NCBI RefSeq assembly: GCF_009914755.1
Contig: NC_060938.1
Direction: 5' to 3' (one strand)
DNA: 64,000 nt
DNA from: the human T2T-CHM13v2.0 reference genome, Homo sapiens
The position numbers and the translations under genes were made by a program. Under the pieces are notes generated by a model that saw nothing but the letters and a program-made list of their open reading frames with translations, did not search any database and was not told the DNA's origin. This document shows, piece by piece, positions 54,868 through 64,000 of this stretch (positions are counted from its first letter, which is position 1; every line of letters begins with the position of its first letter).

Positions 54868-55582
54868 ATGGCAATTGTGACTTAATTATACTAAAGAGCT
54901 TCTGTACAGCAAAAGAAACTATCAAGAGTAAAAAGAAAGTATACAAAATTGGATAAAATATTTGCAAACTATTCATCCAACAAAGGACTAATATGTAGAA
55001 TCTATAAGGAAATTAAACAAATCAACAAGAAAAAAACAAAACCCATTAAAAACTGGGCAAATAAAGAGACATTTCTCAAAAAGAGGAATACAAGTAGTCA
55101 ACAAACATGAAAAATGCTGAACACCATGAATCACCAGAGAAATACAGTACAAAACCACAATGAGATTTCATCTCACACCAGTCACAATTGCTATTATTAA
55201 AAAGTCAAGAAACAACAGGTGTTGGCAAGAATGCAAATGAAAGGGAGCACTTATACAATGTTGGTGGGAATGTAAATTAGTTCAGCCGCTGTGAAAAGCA
55301 GCATGTAGATTTCTCAAAGAACTAAAAACAGAAATATCATTTGACCCAGCATTAGATATCATTATTGGGTATCTACTCAAAAGAAAAGATACTGTTCTAC
55401 CAAAAAGACACTTGCATTCCTATGTTTATCACAGCACTATTCACAACAGTAAAGTCAGAAAAGTCATAGTGTCACCCTAGGTGCCCATCAATGGTAGACT
55501 GGATAAAGAAGATGTACACATACACCACCGAATATTATGTAGCCATGAAAAAGAATAAAATCCTGCCCTTTGCTGCAACATG

Positions 55583-55916
55583 TGTATTAGTCCATTTTCA
55601 TACTGCTGTAATGAATTACCTGAGACTGGGTAATTTATAAACAAAAGAGGTTTAATTGACTCACAGTTTCACATACCCTCAGGAGACTTACAATTATGGT
55701 GGAAGGTGAAGGAGAAGTAAGCCACATTTTACATGGCATCAGGAGAGAGAAAGACGGAGAGGGAAATTACCAAACACTTTTAAACCATCAGATCTCGCAA
55801 GAACTCACTCACTATCACAAGAACAGCATGGGGGAAACTTCCCCCATGAACACATCACCTCCCACCAGGCTTTCCCTTGACATGTGGGGATTACAATTCA
55901 AGATGTGATTTGGGTG
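55583..55916 (-). mobile_element. MSTA-like MaLR LTR, truncated at its 5' end
   Basis: tgtattagtccattttcatactgct...aagaggtttaattgactcacagtt...gattacaattcaagatgtgatttgggtg. Confidence 0.8.
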
Positions 55917-56264
55917 AATCAGCAAAGTCATGGTATCAACCTAAGTGCCCATCAATGGTAGATTGAATAAAGAAAATGTTTATTGTCACTGAATATTATA
56001 TAACCAAAAAAAGAATAAAATTATGCTCTTTGCTGCAACATGGATGCAGCTGGAGGTCATTATCCTAAGCTCATTAATACAGAAACAGAAAATTAAATAC
56101 CACATGTTCTTACATATAAGTGAGAGATAAAAAATGGCCACACACAGAGATAAATATGGAAATAATAGACACTGCATTCTCCAAAATGGAGAAAGGAGGG
56201 AGAGGAGCAGGATCGAAAAACTACCTATTGGATATTCAGCAATCTCATTACTATGTGTTTACCC

Positions 56265-59046
56265 TGTATTAGTCCATTCTCACACTGCTATGGAAGAAAT
56301 ACTTGAGAAATACCCGGGTAATTTATAAAGAAAAGAGATTTAATTGACTCACAGTTCTACATGGGGAGGCTTTAGAAAACTTACAATCATGGCGGAAGGC
56401 ACTTCTTCACAGGGCAGAAGGAGAGAGAGTGAGTGCCAGCAGGGCAAATGCCAGATGCTTATCAAACCATCAGATATTGTGAGAACTCACTCATTATCAC
56501 GAGAATAGTAGGGGGAAAACTGCTCCCACGATTCAATCGCTTCCCACCAGGTCCCTTCCATGACACATGGGGATTAGGGGAACTATAATTCAAGATGAGA
56601 TTTGGGTAGGGACACAGCCAAACAATATCATTCTGCCCCTGGCCCCTCCCAAATCTCAGGTCCTTTTTACATTTCAAAACCAGTCATGACTTTCTAACAG
56701 TCTCCCAAAGTCTTAGCTCATTCCAGCATTAACTAGAAAGGCCAAGTCCAAAGTCTCATCTGAGACAAAGCAAATTCCTTTTACCTATGAGCCTGTAAAA
56801 TCAAAAGCAAGTTAGTTACTTCCTAGATACAATGGGGGTACAGGCATTGGGTAAACAAACCCATTCAAAATGGGAGAAATTGGCCAACACAAAGGGGCTA
56901 CAGGCCCCATGAAAGCCCAAAATCCAATAGTGCAGTCATTAAACCTTAAAGTTTCAAAATCATCTCCTTTGACTCCATGTCTCACATCCAGGTCATGCTG
57001 ATGCAATAGGTGGGCTTCCGTGGTCTTGGGTAGCTCTGCCCCTGTGGCTTTGCAGGGTACAGACTTCCTCCCAGCTGCTTTCATGGTTTGGCGTTGAGTG
57101 TCTGTAACTTCCAGGTGCATGGTGCAAACTGTCAGTGGAGTTACCATCCTGGGGTCTGGAGGATGGTGGCCCTCTTCTCACAGCTCCATTAGGCAGTGAC
57201 ACAGTGGGGTCTCTGTGTGGGTGCTCCCACCTCACATTTCCCTTCTGCATTGTCCTAGCAGAGGTTCTCTGTGAGGGCCCCACCCCTGCAGCAAACTTAG
57301 GCCTGGACATTCAGGTATTTCCATACATCCTCTGAAATCTAGGGGGAGGTGCCCAAACCTTAGTTCTTGACTTCTGTGCACCCACAGGCTCAACACCACA
57401 TGGAAGCCACCCAGGCTTGAGGCTTATACCCTCTGAACCAATAGCCTGAGCTGTACCTTGGACCCTTTTAGCCACAGCTGGAGCTGAAGCAGCTGGAATG
57501 CAGGACACCATGTCCTGAGGCTGCATAGAGCAGGGAGGCCCTGGGCCCAGCTCACAAAACAATTTTTCCCTGGTAGGCCTCTGGGCCTGTGGTGGGAGAG
57601 TCTTCTGGGAAGGTCTCTGACATGCCCTGGAGACATTTTCCCCATTGTCTTGGTGATTAACATTCAGCTCATCATAACTTATCCAAATTTATGCAGCTGA
57701 GTTGAATTTCTCTCCTATCACATAATCAGGCTGCAAATTTTCCAAACTTTTATGCTCTGCTTTTTCTTGAACATCTTGCTGCTTAGAAATTTCTTCAGCC
57801 AGATACCTTAAATAATCTCTCTCTAGTTCAATGTGTCGCAGATCTCTAGGGCAAGGATGAAGTGCCACCAGTCTCTTTGCTAAAGCATAGCAGGAGTCAC
57901 CTTTATTCCACCTCCCAAAAAATTCCTAATCTCTATCTGAGACCACCTCAGCCTGGCTTTCATTGTCCGTATCACTATCAGCATGTTGGTCAAAGCCATT
58001 CAATATGTCTCTAATGTGAAAGGAAAATAAATCTTGGGGCCCCAAAATCACTAAGCTAAAGGAAAAAGTCAAGCTGGGAACTGCTTAGGGACAACCTGCC
58101 TCCCATTCTGTTTAAAGTCACCCCTCTGCTCACTGAAATAAATGCATATCTGATTGCCTCCTTTGGAGAGGCTAATCAGAAACTCAAAAGAATGCAACCA
58201 TTTGTCTCTTATCTACCTATGACCTGGAAGCCCCCTCCCCATTTCCAGTCTTCTTGCCCTTACTTCGAGTTGTCCCACCTTTCCAGAACAAACCGATGTT
58301 CATTTTGTATATTTTGATTAATGTCTCATGTCTCCCTAAAATGTATAAAACCAAACTGTGCCCTGACCACCTTGGGCACATGTTGTTAGGACCTACTGAC
58401 ACACGGGCACACATCCTCAACTTTGGCAAAATAAACTTTCTAAATTAACTGGGACTTGTCTCAGACTTTTGGGGTTCATACTAGGAAGTTCCAAACTTTA
58501 CCACATCTTCCTGTCTTCTGAGCCCTCCAAGGCTCTAGAAAGTTCCATACTTTCCAATATTTTTCTCTTTTCTTCTGAGCCCTCCAAACTCTTCCAACCT
58601 CTGCCTGTTACCTAGTTCCAAAGTTGCTTCCACATTTTTGGGTATTTTTATAGAAGCACTCCATGCCTGGTACCAATTTACTATATTAGTTCATTTTCAC
58701 GGTGCTATGAAGAAATACCCAAGACTGGGTAATTTATAAAGAAAAGAGGTTTAATTGACTCACAGTTCCACATGGCTGGGGAGACCTCAGGAAAACAGTC
58801 ATGGTGGAAGGCACCTACCTCTTCACAGGGTGGCAGGAGAGAGAATGAGTACCAGTAGGGGAAATGTTAGATGCTTAGAAAACCATGAGATCTCAGGAGA
58901 ACTCACTCACAGTCATGAGAACAGCATGGGGAAAATCGTTCCCATGATTCAATCACTCCCCACTGGGTCCCTTCCATGACACATGGGGGTTATGGGAACT
59001 CTAATTCAAGATGTGATTTGTTTGAGGACCCAGCCAAACCATATCA
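56265..59046 (-). mobile_element. Full-length THE1 (THE1C-like) MaLR provirus: LTRs 56265-56630 and 58682-59046 plus internal region
   Basis: Both LTRs end cagccaaac(a/c)atatca on the + strand (sense tgatat(t/g)gtttggctg). Typical THE1 internal sequence. 5-bp TSD TACCC at 56260-56264 and 59047-59051. Confidence 0.92.
58015..58480 (+). mobile_element. MER4A-like solo LTR inserted in the THE1 internal region
   Basis: tgtgaaaggaaaataaatcttggggccccaaaatcactaagctaaagg...ttggcaaaataaactttctaaattaactg...ggggttcata; 4-bp TSD CTAA/CTAG. Confidence 0.85.
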
Positions 59047-60763
59047 TACCCAAAAGAATATAAATCATTCTACAATAAAGGCACATGCAAACATATGTTC
59101 ATCACAGCATTATTCACAGCAAGGACATGGAATCAACCTAGATGTCCATCAATGGTGGATTGAAAGAAGGAAATGGGGTACATATGCACCATTGAAAACT
59201 ATAAAGCCATAAGAAAGAATGAAGTCATGTCCTTTGCAGCAACATGGATGGAGCTTGAAGCCATTATCCTAAATGAATTAATGTAGGAACAGAAAGCCAA
59301 AATCTGCACATTCTCACCTATAAATAGGAGCTAAACATTGAGTACACATGGACACACAGAACAGAAATATAGACACTGGGCTTTACTTGAAGGTGGAGGG
59401 TGGGAGGAGAATGAGGATTAAAAAACTGCCTATATGGTTCTATACTCATTACCTGGGTGACAAAATAATCAGTCTACTGAACCCCCATGACATCCAATTT
59501 ACCCATGTAATAAAGATGCACATATAACCCCAAACCCAAAATAAATGTTGGAAGGAAATTAAAACTACCTATTGGAGATTATGTTTACTATTTGGGTGGT
59601 GGTTTTTACAGAAGCCCAAACCCCAGCATTACACAATATATCCATGTAACAAACCTGTATATGTACTCCTTGAATCTAAAATTTAAAAATATTACATTAA
59701 AAAATAAAAGCTAGAAAGTTTTCAAATCAACAACTTAACTTTACAACTTAAAGAACTTGAAAAAAATAAAACAAACTACACCTGAACCTAGCAGGAAGCA
59801 GGAAATAATAAAAAGTAGAGATAACTGAAATAGAGAACATAAAACAATAGAAAAATTCAATGGAATCAAAAGTTGGTTATTTGAAAAGACAACAAAATTG
59901 GCAAACTTTAGCTAGATGAACTAACAAAAACAGAGAGAAATCTCAAATTACTAAAACCAGACATAAAAATGAGAACAGTACATTACTACCAACTCTAGGG
60001 AAACAAAAAGGATTATAAAAGAGTACTATGAATAATTGCATGCCAATAAAATGAATAACCTAGACAAAATGTACAAATTTCTAGGAGTACAAGACCCAGG
60101 AAGACTTAATAATGAAAAAATAAAAACTACGAAAATATCTATAACTAGTAAGGAGATTGAATTAGTGATCAAAGTCTCCCAACAAAGAGAAGACTGGACA
60201 TTGTGGCTTCACTAGTGAATTTTACTAACATTTAAGGAAGAATTATTTTGCACCCATTCTCTTCAAAATTTTTTCAAAACATTTAAGAGGAGGGAATACT
60301 TCCTCCTCTTATTCTATGAGACCAGTATCACCTTGATACCAAAGCCAGACAAAAAAAACTACAGGAAAAGAAAACAATAGGCCAATGTCACTTCTGAACA
60401 TTGTTGCAAAATTCTCAACAAAATACTAGCAAACTGAACTCAATAGCACATTAAAAAGATTATATACTATGACCAAGTGGTATTTATTCCTACGATACAA
60501 AGATGTTTTAACACAAAAAAAATCAATGTAATATATCACATTGCATTAACAGATGAAGGGGGAAAACAATTGATACAGAAAATCATCTGAAAAAATTCAA
60601 CATCTTTTCATGACAAAAGCACTTAACACTAGGAATAGAAGGAAACTACCTCAATACCAATTAACAGGATACAAAAGTTATCACATAACAATTGTATTTC
60701 TATACACTAACAATGAACAGCCAAAAAAGAAAATTAAGAATATATATTATATATCTCTTTATA

Positions 60764-60844
60764 TAGAGAGACAGAGAAAGAGAGAGGGAGATGAGAAAGA
60801 TGAGAGAGAGAGAGAGAGGGAGAGAGAGGGAGAGAGAGAGGAGA
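60764..60844. repeat. (GA)n-rich repeat
   Basis: gagagacagagaaagagagagggagatgagaaagatgagagagagagag... Confidence 0.85.
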
Positions 60845-60845
60845 T

Positions 60846-61154
60846 GTATTAGGGGAAATTGGCTCACTGATTATGAAAGCTGAGAATTCCTCCACCTGGA
60901 CCCTCAGCTTCTTGGAAGGTACCTGTTCACATTGAGGGAGGATATTCCCTACTCAGTCCCCTGACTCTCACAGCAATCTCCTACATAAACTCCTTTACAG
61001 ACACACCTTGGGCAGCCCAATCATTCTAGTCAAGTGCCAAACCATCTGGATTTCCATTCCAGCAGAAGGAGGACAGGTTCAGTGCCTACTGAAGCATTGA
61101 GAATAACTAATACAATGATTGAGACTAAATAATGCTTTATCAAATATCTGGGTA
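60846..61154 (-). mobile_element. MLT2 (ERVL) LTR fragments
   Basis: aaattggctcactgattatgaaagctgagaattcc; actcagtcc..tgactc..aatctcct..acagacacacc; aaataatgctttatcaaatatctgggta. Confidence 0.65.
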
Positions 61155-61308
61155 TAGAAATACAACTGTATTAATTGTGGTTAATTTGCATATCCTTGAT
61201 AAGTAATGATGCTGAACTTTATTAGTGATATCATTTAGTAAACAGAAGTTCTTAATTTTCATGAAGCCTAGTGTGGTAGTTGATTTTTAGTTACAAATGG
61301 ACTGCATG

Positions 61309-62230
61309 AGAACTTCTGTTTACTAAATGATATCACTAACAAAGTGAAAAGGTAAGCTGCAGATAATATTAGATAATTGTAATACATATATCAACAAAGG
61401 AGTTGTTTATATCATATATAACAGATTCCTATAGTTCAGTAAGAAAATGCAAGTGACTCAACAATTGAGAAAACAAATTGAATGGACACCTCATGAAAAA
61501 GATTTTCAAATAGAAAATAAACATATGAGATGTTCAGCATCATTACTTATCAAGGATATGCAAATTAACCACAATTAGTACCCAGCAGAGTAACTAAATT
61601 ATTTTTCTTTTTAAAGGTAGATGTTGAGGAGAATATGGAGCGATGTAAACTCTGTTACAACAGTGGTGGTATTGTAAATTGATACAACTGTATCTGAAGA
61701 ATGTTTTATAGTTTCTTATCAAATTAGATATACATCTACTTTAGGATTGAAAAGTTACACTCCTAGTGTACATCCATCAGAAATGAATACAATGTCCATC
61801 AAAATATGTACAGGAATGTTCATAAAAGCTTTTTTTGTATTAGCCAAAAATGAGAAACTACCCAAATATCCAGCAACAGTACAATGTATAAACAGTCGTA
61901 TGCTTAAATAATGGAAGAAATAATAAAGATTGTTAGTAATAAAAATGTATAATGACACACGCAATAACTAGAATAAATTTCAGTCATAATGTCAAATCAA
62001 AGTAATCAACACACATAGAAAGGGTATATATTTTATAATCCCATTTATACAAAGTTCAAACACAGGCAAAATTAATCAAAGGCGATAGAGGTTATAAAAG
62101 AGGTTAGCTTTAGACGTTTTGTTGGGAGGAGTGAGGAAGTCATCTGAGGCATTGTTAATGTTCTGTCTCCATCTGGTTGGAAGTTTACATAAGCAAAAAT
62201 TCAATCAGCTGTAAATTTAGGTTTGCAATA
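61309..62230 (+). mobile_element. L1ME/MC-type 3' region
   Basis: aacttctgtttactaaatgatatcactaacaaagtgaaaagg...gttcagcatcattacttatcaaggatatgcaaatt...ccatttatacaaagttcaaacacaggcaaaattaatc. Confidence 0.7.
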
Positions 62231-62767
62231 AATGTTTCAAACATTTGTATTGTTTAATATTTTTGAAGTCTAGAGAACTTTCATACATTAATAAAGAAAA
62301 TATGATAAACATTCAGAAATTAAAGTGATGAACATGCAATTTTTAGAATTAAAATATGTGTGACTAATAAAAATCTGAAAAGATGTTCATCCACAGTGCT
62401 GCTAAGGCAAATGCAAACTAAAATGTACTATCATTATTATACATCATATTTGAAAAATTATCATTAAAATTGAAGAATGATATTATCTAGTGTAGGAAAG
62501 AATATGAAAATAGCATCACATACATGGCTCATGGAAGTATACATTACTACAGTTTTTTGGGGGAGAAATACCTGTCCACATTTGTCTCAGAAATTTTACT
62601 TTCAGCCTCTGTCTCTTACATATACTGAATAGCAGTCTGAAGAAATATGAACAAATTGTTCACTGTAGAATCTTTTATTATAATGATAAAATAGATGATC
62701 TACAACCCCATTGATAGAATATTTTATTATAACATACCATATTTGATGGTTTTATTATCATATATCA

Positions 62768-62955
<188 letters not shown>

Positions 62956-64000
62956 TTAGAGCTGAATATAGCACACGAAATCACATCCACGGTATATTAC
63001 TGTATTGAGGAAAGCCTTTCTCGCTCTTTCTCTTCCCTCTCTTCCCCTCTCAGTGGTATAGAGGCAGAAAAAGAACAAAGTGGAAACTTTTATATTTACT
63101 TAAGACATTTTTGTAATATTAAACAAAATTAAATTAAATCTAACGTCAATAATTCTGATTAGAAAAGGTACTCCAGATAAAGCAGTACAAGCAAAGGTGT
63201 ACTGGTAGAAGAAATGCAAGGCCCTTCAAGCCAAATTTTCCTTAATGTTTCATCACCCTTTCCACTAACCTCAGCCATGTGGGCCAGGGGGACCCTTACC
63301 TCTCTATAAAATCCAGCTGACATTATTACAACTCTCAGATCTTCTTTTCCTCTTCTATTAATTGCTTTCTACCCTCACATCCCATATATTTTTATGTTTC
63401 ATAATTTCTGAAAAAGGATTGATTAAAAATTTTTAATGATTTCCTTTGTGATTTGACTGTGAGTAGCTGAATCTTGAAATCCCTAAACATCAAAATTTCG
63501 TAATGGTGGCCAGTGTAACCAGGGGTTTTCATCTTAATTCATTAATTTTCTTGGTCTATAATATCTAGGATGGTTGTATACTGTTAATGTGCCAGGAGTC
63601 CATGACTGCAGGACCTAAGAATTTACAGACAAGAAGGTATGTAATTTGACTTAAAATCTATTATACTGACAGCCTTTCTTCATGCTCCTGTCATCAGGGC
63701 CTACCTGCAGAAGTAGTATTCAATGCTAATTGTGCTCTTTTTCAATATAATATTGTCTATGCAATGTTATATTGTGTAAATCAAACAATGCATTTTTAAA
63801 AGGTTTTAAGAGTATATGGCTAGCAAAATTAACAATCTTTGCTTCTGAGAATTGGGAAGATAATTATTTTCTTCATGTTTTTCATGATTCTGAAAGTGAG
63901 ATTATTTGATGTTATATCTAGACAACTTTTACTCTCAAAACAAGTTAAATGGATTATAATTAAGAGAAATTATTACCTGAAATGTTAAGTAATAATTAAG

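Larger units (their letters stand above)
56233..59560 (+). mobile_element. Second L1 3' fragment inserted in the L1PB 3'UTR (itself split by THE1)
   Basis: 16-bp TSD aaaactacctattgga at 56217-56232 and 59561-59576. L1 sequence at 56237-56264 continues at 59047-59545. Confidence 0.8.

Noticed and set aside
58481-58590. About 54-bp tandem duplication (…cttctgagccctccaa) in the THE1 internal region
   Set aside because: The copies are diverged and similar duplications occur in THE1 internal sequences, so it is probably inherited from the element.

Overview
This is AT-rich primate genomic DNA, almost certainly human because it carries AluYa5 and AluYb8 insertions. It comes from an OR4K olfactory-receptor cluster. 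It holds one intact OR gene (38981/39053-40027, +), whose protein I recognise as OR4K15. It also holds one multiply disrupted OR4K-type pseudogene (20065-21001, +; probably OR4K16P, from memory of the cluster order). Most of the rest is interspersed repeat: old L1M/L1PB, young L1PA, Alu, L2, a solo MER11 LTR, a 5'-truncated HERV-I/LTR10 provirus with pol and env relics, MER41A, a full THE1 provirus, and DNA transposons (MER2, MER44, MER58, MER63, MADE1). Nearly all other ORFs in the track are repeat-derived or spurious. I found no evidence of a new multi-gene biological system. The most interesting signals are structural: (1) several templated inverted or fold-back micro-rearrangements (61148-61693, 25160-25224, 2662-2830); (2) very short twin-primed L1 insertions; (3) a five-level nested transposon stack with readable TSDs; (4) a sense MER11 LTR in the inferred 5' intron of the pseudogene, downstream of a perfect O/E site; and (5) an N-terminal extension of the OR ORF that is probably intronic. 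Repeat subfamily names come from remembered consensus features, not from a search.
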